A DNA stretch of 64,000 bases, taken from NCBI RefSeq assembly GCF_009914755.1, contig NC_060930.1; one strand, given 5' to 3'. Positions 27,317-42,331 of the stretch are shown in pieces. This stretch comes from the human T2T-CHM13v2.0 reference genome, Homo sapiens. A program made the translations under genes and the position numbers. Each line of letters opens with the position of its first letter. The first letter of the stretch is position 1. The notes beneath the pieces are model-generated. The model was not told where the DNA came from, did no database searches, and saw only the letters and a program-made list of their open reading frames with translations.

Positions 27317-29315
27317 ACAACTTAAAATATGCACAATGGCCTAAAAATAAACAAATAGAAAACTAATATAATTATCCAGTACTGTACTCCAAGAAGTGAG
27401 GGGTAAAGAAAGTATATATTCTTTCTTCTCACCTTGCAGCACCTAGAGGACAGATTTCTCCAATAAGATGTGCCCACCTAGAACTATGAATCTGGAAGGA
27501 GGAACATCCAGACCCAGAGACCAGTCACAGTGGCAGCAGTGGCAGATGCTAGTGGTGCTGGAGGTTGGGATAGCTTTCAGGCCAGATGTGACCATGGCAT
27601 GACTTTGTGCCGCACAGGGCCAGGTTCCCTTAGTTCCTGAGTGTTCTCTGTGCTCTAGGGCTCACATAAGTTCTGTGGACTATTCATCATTTTCCCAATA
27701 CATTTATTTCTGCTGCAATTAATCAGACTTGGCTTCTCTTGTTTGACTCCAAGAACTTGGATTATTATGGACCATATATGTAAGAGTGCCTTGTAAACTG
27801 TGACAAATACTATACTATAAATGTAATGCACTATTTTAGTTGTTTCTCTGCTCTCGTTTTCCTTTAGGCTCATATGTATGACCTTAGACCCTCTCTGAGC
27901 TGTTATAATTCTTGGTGTCATCCTGCATGCTGATATTCCCATAAATAAGTGTACCTTTATTCCAATAAATACATGAACATAACGTGAATCTATGTAAAAA
28001 TGAAAGGCTTATTGACAGATCAGAAAAGTGAGAACATTTAAGGACTCAAAGTAGAGACTGTTTCCTGAAGGGCTTGTTTAGGTTTAACATATTGCTTTCA
28101 GCTGAACTTAAAGGTCAAACAAAGCAACATCTGTTTCTGTCTTAAACCATTGAGAAAACAAATGTCTGCTACTATGAGTGTCTCCAGGGAAGAGGTCTCC
28201 TTGACCATTCTTCAGAATGAACTGGAGTCTCAGGAGTATGTATTCTGATGGGTTCAGATTCACATCTTCACTCACCAGGAACCAGAACAGAGGTCTCTAT
28301 GTATCTTTCCAGACCTCTTACAAATTCCTATTATGAAAGGTGCAGAACAGTGAATAAGCACAATGAAAAGTTTCATCTTTGAAACTTAATTGCAAAGCAC
28401 AGTTAAAAGCCAGACAAAACAAAAACCACTGTGTTCATCAGAGCCATCTCAGGAGCCTTGCAGGTAGTGGGGGAAAGAAGGGGCGAAGCTTTGGCAAGTA
28501 ACTACACTCAATCATTGCAGCTATGCTCTGAGATTTGCATGTTGAGGTTTTGAGGCTCTAAAAACTTTGAGAGTACCTGCTGGCAGAGCTATTTGTTTTG
28601 ATTGTCTAAACCCAGGACCATTGGGTAAATTTACGTATGGCCACTGTGGCTCTGCAAGGCAAAAGACTATAACGATGACTTTCTCCAGTCACTACATTTG
28701 CATCTAGTCTCCAGCAAGGGGAAATAAGTTTTTTGCCTCTGATCCCTGGGAGGAGAGCTCCAGTGAAGCAGAAGGCTGAGGTTCAGTCAGAGAACATGCA
28801 TTTTCTGAAGCACAGGGAAAGAAGTAGGAAAAAGAGGTATTAGAATGGCATGTGGTGCTTTGCTGAATAGCTTCCCCAGGACAACGATATGAGGACTTCA
28901 TTTAAGTTCCCAAATACAGAAAAATGCTGTCAACACAACCTCAGTAGAGAAAGCTGCAAAAGTTAATAAATACAGCAACTTCGGCTAGCAGTTTACTTGT
29001 AGCACTTGGAACAGAAACGATGAATGCACCAGAAAGTCAGCTGTCACGTGGTGGTGGGAGGTGCAGAGTGCATTGGTAGTAAAAGCTGCTGCTGCAAGGA
29101 GAGGCAGAGCAAGGCCAACTGACCTCATGGGTATCAGAGCCACACTGGAGAGGACTCCCCTGGGAGCTATCCCTGGCCTGCCTATGCCATGGAGGAAACT
29201 GTTGCTCTGATGTTCCCTAAGTTGATTTAACTCTAATGGTATATCCTTCAACACAGAGGGCAGAGTGTGGCCAGGGGACTTGGTAGTCTTGGAGTCCTAT
29301 GTCATCTATGTGGTC

Positions 29316-29686
29316 TGATATGGTTTGGCTCTTTGTCCCCACCCAAATCTCATGTTGAATGTAATCCACATGTGTTGGGGAAGTGGCCTTGTGGGAGGTG
29401 ATTGAGTCATGGGGGCTGACTTCCCTCCTGTTGTTCCCTTGATAGAGGTCTCATGAGATCTAGTTGTTTGATAAGTGTCTGGCACTTCCCCCTTCTCTCT
29501 CTCTATGTCTCTCCTGCTGCAATGTAAGATGTGCTTTCTTCCCCTTTGCCTTCCACCATGATCATACATTTCCTGAAGCCTCCTACCCATGCTTCCTGTT
29601 AAGCCTGTGGAACTGTGAGTCAATTAAACCACTTTTCTTTATAAATTACCCAGTCTCAAGCAGTTCTTTATATCAGTGTGAAAAGG
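29316..29686 (+). mobile_element. MSTA/THE1D-type MaLR LTR
   Basis: tgatatggtttggctc...cccaaatctcatgttgaa...gtgagtcaattaaacc...ataaattacccagtctc. Confidence 0.88.
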
Positions 29687-31229
29687 CATTTGAGACTTTT
29701 ATTTCAGAGGCACAGGCTTGGCTGGAAATAAGGATGGTGTACCACTTGATGCAGCAGAATCCACCTGGCAGTCAGCTCCTTTTGGCTGATACGAGGCCAG
29801 AAAATCTGTGCCTGTGTCCCTTCAGTCTGCATTTATGAACATGGGCTGTGATTGAGTGAGACCTTGTAACTGTTAAATTCCCTGTAGACATGGTGCCTCC
29901 AGTGAAGGATAGTATAATTTCAGAATTTCAAGGCTCAAAAGATAATAAAGCAGAGCTAAACAAAGCTTAAATTGTATCTCCTGGTTCATATACAAATGAA
30001 TATGGCTATGAGTGAGTCACTGGATGTTTAGAAAAATTGATCACCGATTTATACACATTGTTCACTTTATTCACATTACTGGAAAATCAGAGCTGCAACA
30101 TTTAAACTAAAAGGCTTAAAGTTATATGAGAGAACAAGGGACACTGATATTTGGAATTTCTTTGACTTACTGCTGGAACCCAATGTGATCAAGACATCTT
30201 TAATGGGCATTCTAATTGGTTGCTTTGGCCAAAGTTTTGGTGTGACCGAGAGAGGGGGGATGATGAAGCCTAGTTAGGAGCTCTCCTACCTACCAGGGAG
30301 TAACAACTTGTCCCGGAGGGAAATATGAACAAGAACCATGTAACAGACCAAGGTCAATAGCAGTGGCAGCTCTGTATTGAGCATTTATTCAGTGTCAACT
30401 ACTGTGCTGGGCTCACCTTCACAACGAGACAGTATTACCATCATCATTTTACCAGTTAACAGTTACCTACATAAGGCCACACCGTTCATAAGTGGTCGAA
30501 TGATAATGATGATGATATTAACAATCATCATGAGAACTTACCTGGCATTGTGCTTTTCTGTTTACAGAAGGAATTTAAATAAATAATTGCATTTGATCCT
30601 TATAGTATGTTGGTGTTGCTATTATTATTTTCATTCTTTGTGTGGAAAAACTTGGACTGAAAATTGCCTTCAAAAGTAGCACATATTAAAACAGTAAGTC
30701 AAAATTCTTTCTTTATATCCATTGAAAGTATACCAACTTTCAGCTGTGTGACATTAAGCAAGTTATTTAACTTATTTAAGCCTTGTTTTCCTTGTATTGA
30801 CTACTCAAGAGTACAAAGAATGAATGCAATGATTGTCTTAAATTGTTTGGTGGTGTTGGGGTTCAATAAATATTAGCCATTTTAATATTATTATTATGAG
30901 AGTTTCAGATTTTCTTGGAAATTTTCCATGGGACTTATTTTACAAAACCATCAAAAGGACTTTTTAATAAGGTGCTCATATCCTTGAAACAGTATCCTAG
31001 TGTAACCAAGGACAAACTGGATGGAAGATGTATTGTTTACTTACATCTTTTTCTTAAAGAATATTATATTTTCTCCTCAATATATTGATTCAAGAAATGC
31101 ATAGTTAATGCCTCCTCTGTGTCCTTTATTGTGCAAGACATTGAAGATAAGCCAATAAACCAAACCCGGTCCCTGTTTTCAAAGAGCTTTCACTCCAATG
31201 GAGCAGCCATTTATATGGATAATACCAAC

Positions 31230-31790
31230 ACACTGGTGAGTGCATTTCAGTGCAGGTGCTTCACTTCTAGGTATTTCCTCAAGAGAAGAGAAAACATATA
31301 TCCAGTAAAGGCCTTGTATAGGAATATTCATAAAACCTTTATTAATAATGAATCAAACTGAAATTGACCCAAATGTCTAAAAAGAAGAAAATGGATTAAC
31401 AGATTGTGATGTATCCATACATACTAAAGCAATACAAATGATGAAACATGGATGCAAAGATATGAATGAGTCTTTAAAACATCATGCCTATACCAACGTA
31501 AAGAAGCCAGACTATGTGCATCCTATACAACTTATATGAAATTCTATAATGACATTAATCTATGCTGAAAGGAATCAGAACAGAAGTTGCCTGGACTTGG
31601 AGGTGAAACAGGGATTTACCAGGAGGTGGCATGGGAGCTTTCTGGAGTGATGAAAGTGTTTTATATCTTGACAAGGAGAAAGGGACATGGCATAGGATAC
31701 ACAGGTGTATGCATTTGTCAAAACTCATCAGACTGAGCACATGAGATCTATGTATTTCACTGTATGTAAATCCTATCTTAATTTAAAAAT
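31230..31790 (+). mobile_element. L1ME-type 3' end
   Basis: Typical L1ME 3'UTR (...catttgtcaaaactcatcagactg...). Confidence 0.7.
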
Positions 31791-32159
31791 TTCTAAGTAT
31801 TTTTTGTTTTTACACTATTGTAAATTGTATTTTTGGACATTTTATTTTCCAAATCTTTGCTATTAATATGAAGCAACACAATTGATTTTTGTATATGAAC
31901 CTTGCATCTTCAGACAGACAGTGATAAATTCACTAATTATTTCTAGTAATCAGTTTTTAAAAATATAACTCTTTTGGATTCTGCATGGTAGACCTCCTTC
32001 AGTCTTTCATTTCTCTTAGCTATTCCCTCATGTTTTCCATCTTTTGTCTCTCTGTGCTACACTTAAAATAATTTCTTTTAATATTTTAGTTCTCTCTAGT
32101 TTTGGCCTTTCTTCTCTCAAACTCATCTATTAGGTTTTTTATTTCTATATTTGTATTTA

Positions 32160-32460
32160 TTTTATTCATTTATTTATTTATTGAGACAGAGTTTCATGCT
32201 TGTTGCCCAGGCTGGAGTACAACAGCACAATTTTGGCTCATCTCTGCCTCCAGGGTTCAAGCAAATCTCCTGCTTTACCCTCCCAAGTAGCTAGGATTAT
32301 AAGCATGCACCACCATGCTTGCCTAATTTTTGTATTTTTAGTAGAGATGGGGTTTCGCCATGTTGGTCAGGCTGGTCTCAAAAGTCCTGACTTCAGGCGA
32401 TTCACCCACCTTGGCCTCCTGAAGTGTTGGGATTACAGGCATGAGCCACTGCTCCTGGCC
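32160..32460 (-). mobile_element. AluS
   Basis: Antisense Alu dimer within an antisense L1M fragment. Confidence 0.9.
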
Positions 32461-33243
32461 TGTATTTGTATTTGTATTTCTAGAAATTTTACTTGGTTAT
32501 TTTTCATACCTGCTAGGTCACTTTTTTTTTTTTTTTTTTACAATTTCCTGTTTGCTGCAAATATTTTCTATCTTTACTTCTTTAAACATAGCTATTTTGT
32601 AGCTTGCATCTAATTGTTCCTATACCTGAAGTCTTTCAGGGTCTGTTTATGTCATCTATTATTGCTGCTGTTTCTTTCTCATCATAACTTACTTTCGTGT
32701 GGCTTGGTTACCATGAACTAGGCACTGCTCATTGTCTAGAAGACATGATTTCTGGTAATTCCTGTGACTTGGGTGAAGGTATCCTTCTCCAAATAGTTTT
32801 GCCTTTGTTTCTATGAGACATTTAGGAGCACTGCCTCTCTGTGACCAATTTATATTAAAGTTATGGCTTGAAGTTTTCTGGTCCACCCTTGGGTTTCAAA
32901 TTTAGGCTAACAATTCTCAGAAGCTAATCTCTAGACAGGCTACTCACGGACAGGTTATGTGTTGTTTTTGTTTTTCTCCTTTATTTAGCACTAAGACACT
33001 GCTATCTTAGGACTTTTTTTAAACAGGAGGAATGGGTAATTTTTACTTCCTGAAGGTTTTACCTTTGGGATTCTAGGTTAATGTAAGTGGGGAGTCTGAT
33101 ATTAACATTCCAATTTGGGTGGGCTCTAGGCTTTTGACTTCTGTCCCCCTTATTTTGTGAGGTCTTCAAAACTGGAGCACAGTTCTCTGTATGTTCTTAG
33201 GACAAAAGGCTTTGTTTGGCTGTGTCCCCCCTGAAATCTCATA

Positions 33244-33565
33244 TGATATGGTTTGGCTGTGTCCCCACCCAAATCTCATCTTGAATTCCCACCTGTTGTG
33301 GGAGGTAATTGAATCATGGGGGCAGGTCTTTCCTGTGCTGTTTGCGTGATAGTGAATAAGTCTCACGAGATCTGATGATTATATAAGGGGGAGTTTCCCT
33401 GCATAAGCTCTCTTCTCTTGTCTGCTGCCATGTGAGGCATATCTTTCACCTTATACCGTGATTTTGAGGCATCCCCAGCCACGTGGGACTCAGAGTCTAT
33501 TAAACCTTTTTTTCTTCCCAGTCTCGGGTATGTCTTTATCAACCATGTGAAAACGGACTAATACA
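33244..33565 (+). mobile_element. THE1B-like MaLR LTR
   Basis: tgatatggtttggctgtgtccccacccaaatctcatcttgaattccc...aaaacggactaataca. Confidence 0.9.
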
Positions 33566-34004
33566 GTTTCTCTTCTGGGTTCCTGGAATCTCTTAGATCT
33601 TGGTCTGGTAATTCATTATTGTCTTGTCAGTTTCTTGATGCTTTAAAGGATACTAGAAAATTATTGTATTCATTATTTTTAGTTGATTTTAGCAGGAGAG
33701 TTGACCAAAGTGGCCTAGCTCTTTATTATTAGAAATGGAAGAAAATAAAATTTGGAATTTGTATGGTCTTTCATCATTTCTAAGTATAAAAGTAATCCCC
33801 CAAGTTGATAAGTTTCAGTATGTAAATTTTTTTAAAAAAATCTGCATGGCAAAAAAGAAAATAAAGAAAAAAAAGAAAGAAAATAAATCACAAAGAGGAC
33901 TAATAGACATTCAACAAGCAAGAAAAAGCATTTAAAATTCTAATCAAGAAACTCAAGCTCAGGAGAAAGAGACCGATTTTCTTTCTTTTTAAAAAGTTTA
34001 CCAT

Positions 34005-34150
34005 TTTATTTATTTAATTCATTCATTCTTAGAGATGAAGTCTCACTCTGTTGCCCAGGCTGCACTTGACCTCCTGGGCTCAAGTGATCCTCCTGCCTCA
34101 GCCTCCCAAGTAGATAGGACTACAGGCACTCATCATTGCACTTGACTTAG
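34005..34150 (-). mobile_element. Alu monomer (FLAM-like)
   Basis: Single antisense Alu arm. Confidence 0.75.
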
Positions 34151-34259
34151 CTTTCTTAATATATCAAAAACTCTATATTATTATCAAACTATATCATTAT
34201 CAACTCTATATTATCAACTTACACTATTTTATCAAGTCTTAAATATTGCCTTAAAACTT

Positions 34260-34730
34260 AATACCCTAGGGCAACAAATACTTATAATCTCAAAATTCCT
34301 GTGGGTCAGGAATCTGGGAGCATATTAACTGAGTGATTCCAGCTCAGGGTCTCTCAGGATGTTGCAGTGGAGACATCAGTCAGGGCTGGGTCTTTCTAAG
34401 GCTTACCCGAGGCTGAAGGACCCTGGCTAAGGTCATTCATGAAACTCTCAAAAGAGCCTCTGCTTCTCACCACGTGGTCTTCTTTATCCAGGGCTGCTCA
34501 AGACCTGGCTACTGGTGTCCCCCAGAGCAAGTGAGATTGAGAGAGCCACCAAGACAGAAGCTGATTATCTTTTATGCGCTAATCTTGGGAATGGCATACC
34601 ATCTCTTCTGCCATATTTTATTGGTCACACAGAGCAACTGTGGTACGATGTGGGAGGGGGAGTGTGTCAGGGTGTGGATATCAGGAGATGGAGTCATCTG
34701 GGGCCATCTTGGAAGCTGCCTGCCACAAAC
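34260..34730 (-). mobile_element. MLT1E/F-type MaLR LTR
   Basis: ctgtgggtcaggaatctggg...ggggccatcttggaagctgcctgccaca. Confidence 0.75.
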
Positions 34731-34739
34731 TCCTACAGT

Positions 34740-35610
34740 TCAATAAGACAAGCAAAAAACAAACCCCAAGCAGAAAAATGAACAAGAGATATAAGGAGAC
34801 ACGTATAACTAAATCCATGTATAGTAAAGATAAGGACAAAGGTGTATCTTTATGTTAAAATACATCATAAACATCAAAAGATGCTTGACCTCGCTCAAAT
34901 TAAGAATAATGTAACTTAAAACTGTATTGGGGCACCATTTCTACCCATAAGATTGGTAAAGATAAAACACAAAGTTCTAACTCACGGTATAGTTGAGAAT
35001 TTGGGGAAACAGAGCCTCATATTTTGTCAGCGAGCGTAGACTTTGGTAAAACCTCTATGAAGAATAATTTGGCAATAACTATCAAAAGTAAAAATATACA
35101 TATCCTTTGATCCAATAATTTCACTTCTAGGAATTTATTCTAAGTATATTCTGGCACACGTGCAAAAATGATGTCTGCAAGAAGATATTTATTGCAGCAT
35201 TGACTTGTAATAGTAAAAGATTGGAAACCATCTGAATTTCTATCAATAGAGAATTGATTAAATAAATTATGGTAATATACATACATATAATAGAATTCTA
35301 TGCATCTCTTGAAAAAGAATGAAGCAGCCCTCTTTACACTGATTTAGGATTTTCTCCAACAGGTACTGAAAGATGTAAAAGCAAGGCACTGAACTGCGTG
35401 TCATCATTTGTGAGAAAAATACATACATGCTTGCATGTGAACCGAATATCTCTACAAGTATATCCAAAGGGTTGATACTTGTAGCTGTTTTGTAGAAGGG
35501 AACCAGGTGTGTACGGTGTAGGAGTGTGAGGGAGACTTACCTGTTATGCATTTGTTATTGTATATGTTGAATTCTATACTATGTACATGTATCAACCACT
35601 CAAAAATAAC
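34740..35610 (+). mobile_element. L1ME-type 3' region
   Basis: Decayed ORF2 C-terminus and 3'UTR motifs. Confidence 0.7.
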
Positions 35611-35627
35611 TTAAAAATACATTTCTA

Positions 35628-35937
<310 letters not shown>

Positions 35938-36653
35938 TCAATAGAAATAAAGAGAAGTAGAGCTGGCAGGACATGATGAATCATTGGATTGGACAGTGGG
36001 AGAAGGAAGAGTTCAACTTGATGATCCACTTCTTGCTACAGGCACCCGAGTAGATGGAAGATAGGGAACCTAGGAGAATACCTCTGATAAGAAAACTTAT
36101 GTATTTGATAAAATGATTAAAGTTTATAGAAAAAAATACATTTTTAAAAAGTCAAGGCTGTTCTTTTTTATACTCTACTATAAGCTTCTTGCAACTAGAT
36201 GTTATATTATAAATTTTCTTATAGCTCTTACAGTACTTAGAACGGTGTCTTACTTGTTATAGATGCCCCATAAATATTTGTTAGATGAGTGTCTGAAAAT
36301 CAAATTTCTAAAACACTGTTTTATCTTTTCAGAAGGTGGATTAACTATTTGCCTAAATGCAAAGTGTGAGCATCAAAGAGGTTGAAAATGTAATATCTCA
36401 TTATGTCTTTACTCAAGGGTGAGGAGAAAAGATGAAGAACAGTGGAGAAAAGTGGAGAAAAGATGAAGTTTATGCAGCAAATTGCTAACTGGAACAAGGT
36501 ATAGAATTTTCAAAACACAAGATAATTAGTTTTACTATCTCTTAAAAAAAAGAAGAGTCCATTTAGCCACCAGAGGGCTCTCATCTTCCCATTTAATAAC
36601 AGGCCTAGACCCAAACATGAGATAATGTAAACATGCAGTTGAAAACCAGAAGA

Positions 36654-36655
<2 letters not shown>

Positions 36656-36705
<50 letters not shown>
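36656..36705. repeat. (AT)25 microsatellite
   Basis: Directly visible. Confidence 0.97.
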
Positions 36706-36708
<3 letters not shown>

Positions 36709-36926
36709 CAACTGCATTTTTTCATTTTATATTTTGTATATATAAAATACACACATATATAGGTATTTCCTTTCCTCCCCATGAAATGTATACTACAATT
36801 GTAAAAACATCCTGCCAAGCCTTCTTATCACAACATAAGAAGATAGAAATTCATCAAATGTGCTTGAAATACTCTATCTCCAAATATCAAGGAGGGCCTC
36901 CTTGTATTTTGTTAATTGCAAAATGA

Positions 36927-37391
<465 letters not shown>

Positions 37392-37590
37392 TTATGTGTT
37401 GAAATGTTAATGCTTTGCATAGACTTAGAGGGTTCTAAAATCTAGGATTTCTAGACTCCATGGCATTTACAATATTTCATTGCCTTCCTTTATTTTTATT
37501 GTGTTGGGACTTCAAGTTGGGGAATGGGTGCTGGAACATGTGATTTGGGACCCTCTTGTTGATGCTGTGAAGCCATGCGGACAGTAAGGG

Positions 37591-37772
37591 AGCTTCCCTT
37601 CCATGAATGCCTTCTGCATCCTAGTCCTGCCATCAGGTCCCCTTCCATGAACGCCATCTGCATCCTAGTGCTGCCATCAGCTCCCCTTGCATGAACGCCT
37701 TCTGCATCCTAGTCCTGTCATCAACTCCCCTTCCGTGAATGCCGTCTGCATCGTAGTGCTGCCATCAGCTCC
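37591..37772. repeat. 44-bp minisatellite, ~4.1 copies
   Basis: Unit ~agctccccttccatgaacgccttctgcatcctagtcctgccatc, repeated at 37591, 37635, 37679 and 37723. Confidence 0.93.
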
Positions 37773-38979
37773 TCTATACTATGATTTCACACTACCTCTC
37801 CCAGGTGTTCAAATTATGACCCATAAGTAGCCTCCACTGGATTAGTAGAGGCTTTTAGTTAAGAGAACAGAGAAAGAAACGGGTATTTATTGGATGCTAA
37901 CACTGGGCAGAATGTCCTCAGCCTATTATTATTATCAACATCATCATCCTTCTTCTCAGTAGCACTAACACAAAGCAGGTATTGCGTTCCTCCTCTATAT
38001 ATGAGGAAACCTAGCTCTGAAAGGTTGAATGAGTCACCCAAGATGGCAAATGCTGTGGAAATGGGACTAACCGAATTTAGAGTATCTGTAAAGCTTATGT
38101 TCTTTCACTCTGACGCTTTAGTATCCCCGCGATGTGAACATATACTTTGGGCTTTCTTTGTCCCTGGGATACCACCAGCTGTCTATGGCATTCAGGGGTC
38201 TCTGGGGCCATAGCTTGTAGGTGGAGCTTTGAGGCAGCATGTCCGATGGCTGTGCAATGTCCACTGAGAATGTGGCTTAATGGTGGTTGCAGTAACACGA
38301 CAGGGGCCCCTCTACATGTGTGGTAGGAAGGGAAGGATAGTGCCTCCTCAACCCTTCATCCTTCACAGGAGGAAGACATGGTGGCCCACAGCTGAGAGAA
38401 CGCATGCTCAGGGATTTTCCCTGACTGCTCCTTGCCTTAAGCAATGTCATATGAACAGGCTGGTGGCATAGGGTTGGTTGTGAAATCTGTAGCCATGCAG
38501 GACAGTGGCCTTCAGTAGCTTGTTCAGGAGGCCACGCCCCAGACCACCATCTGGTAGGCACCACTAGCCATATGAGACCATGTGCCAAATGCAGACCTGT
38601 GCAGAGCAGACGGGGAGCCCTGTAGCCTGGCCTCTGAGACAGAGCCTGTGGAACACCAAGTCCCCTCACTGTCATGCGTGGAATAGTCTCCAACATGAAT
38701 TTTCAAAGAAACACTCATACAGACAGAGTTTTCTTTCTGAAATCTGCTCCATGAATGGCTTCATCCTAGGGAGGAGAGACTGTTGTTTCCTTGATGGGAT
38801 GATGTGGGATTTGGGGAGACTCTTGAATGAAAAGAGGAGAGTTTGGCAAGCAGAAGCGGAAGGATTATTATAGGCCTATGAGTCACAGACACTGCAGGCA
38901 AACGACGCAGAGAGTGGAGGGTGGGAGGATCCAGAGAAAGGAGGTGAGGCCAGGGGAGCCAAGGAAGAGTGTAGCAGTC

Positions 38980-39170
38980 AGGGATCTCCAGAGAAGCTGG
39001 ATCAATGGGATGTGTATGTACCTAGAAAGAGATTTATTTTAAGGGCTTGGTTCCCGTGATGATGGAGGCTGGCAAGTCCCAAATTATCAGGGCAGGCCAG
39101 CAGGCTGGAGACCCAGGAGAGAGCCAGGCCACAGTTCAAGTCCAAAGGTCATTTGTTGGCACAATTCCCA
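38980..39170 (-). mobile_element. MLT2 (ERVL LTR) fragment
   Basis: gagatttattttaaggg...gatggaggctggcaagtcc...caggctggagacccagg. Confidence 0.65.
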
Positions 39171-40284
39171 CAAGGTGCCTCCCTGGCTCCAGTAGTCTGG
39201 GCTCTTGCTAAGGAAGTGCACTGAGGTCCCAGGGAGACAGGAGACAGCTCCACCAGAAAGCTTTGCAGGGGCATCTGAGCCGTTCCCAGAGCCTGGCTCC
39301 ACACTCCACCCCAAAGTCACCTCTGCTATTGCACCCAAAGGGACCAGGCAGTTGGTCATGCCATAAAATGTGCTGAGCACTTGCATGGCTGGGCAGTGGC
39401 TTTGCAAGGAAGCTTGGAACAAAGGCAGTGGCTCTCTCAGATGATGTTCAAAACAACCTGAAGACCTCAGCTGCTGCCATAGGCAAGGAAAATGGACAAG
39501 AATTCCCATACGTCAGGGATCCAGGCAGCCTTCAACCTTGGCTGCACATGGGAATGACCTGGAAGTGCTTTTAAGATTCCCAATGCCCAATCTGCAGCCC
39601 AGACCAATTCAGAAGCTCTGGAGGAGACATCTGGGCAAAAGTACTTTTAGAAGGTCCCCAGGCGACTCCGAATCTGCAGGCGAGGCTGAATGGCTCTGCC
39701 ATATACTCTTAGCAGCAATTTGTATTTCCCCTTTCCCTTTGAGGTCCCCTTCTGTCCATTTACCCACTTGCATGCCTGTTAAGGCTCGGGCTCAGGAAAG
39801 AGGGTGTTTCCACCATAACACCCATGCCCCTGAGCCTGCATCCTTCCCACAGTGCCTCAGAAGATTTGAAATGAAAATATTTAATGTTTTGACCTTGAGG
39901 AGACAGAAGGAAGGGCTGATGTTCCAGACATTGTGAAGGGAACAGAAGCAGGATTTGGTAGAAGTTGTGTGGTTTAATGGAAAGGGGGTAGGTGTCAGAG
40001 CCAGCCAGAATGAGCTCTGTGCTGTCACTGGGTAATTCTTTGTTGGAAAAATCTGTCAACCTTACTGAGCTTCAGTTTCTTTATCCTTAATATTGAGAGA
40101 ATGATGCCTGTCTCTCTGAGCATGGTGAGGCCTAGAGATAATGAATTGCAAATGCCTGTCCTGTAGTGGGCACTCAACAGATGGTATAAATTACGGGTGA
40201 CTCCTTGAACCAGGAAAGACACGTGAGAAGTGTTAAAAGCTGGAATTTAACATCTCAATCCCCTCATTTGTCAAATAGGAATAA

Positions 40285-40710
40285 TGTATTGGGTTGAATA
40301 TGGTCTCACCCCTTTCACCCCCAATACGCACGTCCACCTAAAACCTCCGAATGTGACCGTATTTGGAAATATGGTCTTTACAGATGTGATTAGTTTAGGA
40401 TCCTGAAATAAATGATACTAGACTTACAGTAGACTCTAAATCTGTGACTAGCATCCTTATAAGAGAAAGGACAGGGAGATTTGAATACAGATTCCAGATT
40501 CTCTGTAAGGTAAGAGGTGCAGAGACACACAGGGAAGAATGCCATGTGGAAACAGGCAGATATTGGAGTGATGTGGCCACAAACCAAGGATTAGTGGGAG
40601 CCACCAGGATGAAAGATTCTTCCTCAGAGGCTTCAGAGGAAGCATAGTAATCCTGACACCTTGATTTCAGACTGCTGGCTAGCAGAACTGTGAGAGGATA
40701 CATTTCTATT

Positions 40711-40741
<31 letters not shown>

Positions 40742-41105
40742 TTGACACAGTCTAGTTCTGTCACCCAGGCTGGAGTCTAGTGGCACGATCTTGGCTCACT
40801 GCAATTTTCAATCCCTACTGCCCAGGTTCAAGCGATTCTCCTGCCTCAGCCTCCCGAGTAGCTGGGATTACAGGCGCCCGCCACCATGCCCAGCTAATTT
40901 TTGTAGTTTTAGTAGAGACGGTACAAGGGGTTTCACTGTGTTGTCCAGGCTGGTCTCGAACTCCTGACCTCGTGAGCCACCCACCTTAGCCTCCCAAAGT
41001 GCTGGGATTACAGGCAGGAGCCACCATGCCCGGCCACATTTCTATCATTTTTAAGCCACCTGGTTTGTGATACTTGGCTATAGTAGCTCCAGGAAACTAA
41101 AACAG
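40285..41105 (+). mobile_element. MLT1B/C LTR split by an Alu
   Basis: gaatgtgaccgtatttggaaata...gacaccttgatttcagac...ggaaactaa. Confidence 0.8.
40710..41035 (-). mobile_element. AluS
   Basis: Antisense dimer with (TTTA)n tail; TSD acatttctat (40700-40709, 41036-41045). Confidence 0.93.
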
Positions 41106-41980
41106 ATAATAATAGTAACTATACTACTTCTACGTTATTGTAACTAAAATAAATTTATATTGCAAATATAACTAAATTTAGTAATAGTGAAATTTTAGCT
41201 AAATGTGAATTGGGATTATTTAGATGCTAGGTAAGCAGTCTAGGGCGATGATTTCTGTGCTAGGAACAAAGGCCACTGGTGCTTGGAGGGCCTTTCAAGT
41301 GTGACTGTGTGAGGGATACAGTGAAATGGCAAGAGTTGAGTTTAGGAAGGGACAAGGTGAGATGCAATAAGTCAACACCAAAGAGTGCCCTCTCGGGCAC
41401 CTCCACTCACCAACCAGGGAAGAGCAGCTGGTTATCCTTTGATCTCTATCTCACAAGCACCTCATGCACAAATAGCTTAGCATCTTCTTGGCTGTCATCT
41501 TGGGGATCCCCCTTAAAGTTATACTTTCAATCCCATTCCCAATAAGCGACCACAGAACCACGATTCATGCAGCCGCGGCATTTTCGTTAAGCCCTAGAAT
41601 GAATGGGTAAGTTTCCCTTTGTCATTGTGTATATAGTCATGCAAATAATCCGTGTCTTCCATGCTTGGGGTCTAAAATGGTTCCCAAGTGGACTTAGATA
41701 TGTTCCTCTGTGAATTGGCAGGGCATTTTGGAATGGTTCTTTCCTTCCCCTTGATTTGAGGATTACATGGAAATCCACATTGCTGAGTGGGAAAACTCTG
41801 AATTGGTGTCCAGCAGTTCTTTTGGCCTCTTCCTCTTAGTTTGGTGATATGTGACGGCAATAAAAGGTCATGATGGCAGGATGAGTCTGGAAAAGGAGAA
41901 ATACTGGCAGTGATACTGCAATCTATTTTGCAAGAAAGAGAATTTTATTTAACCACATGATTTTAAAAATTGGCAAAGTT

Positions 41981-42331
<351 letters not shown>

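Noticed and set aside
33215-33243. Extra copy of the THE1 LTR 5' end just before the LTR
   Set aside because: A short local duplication or nested LTR remnant with no functional implication.
37591-37772. Tandem array as a CRISPR-like locus
   Set aside because: Units are contiguous with no unique spacers, and the context is eukaryotic. It is a minisatellite.
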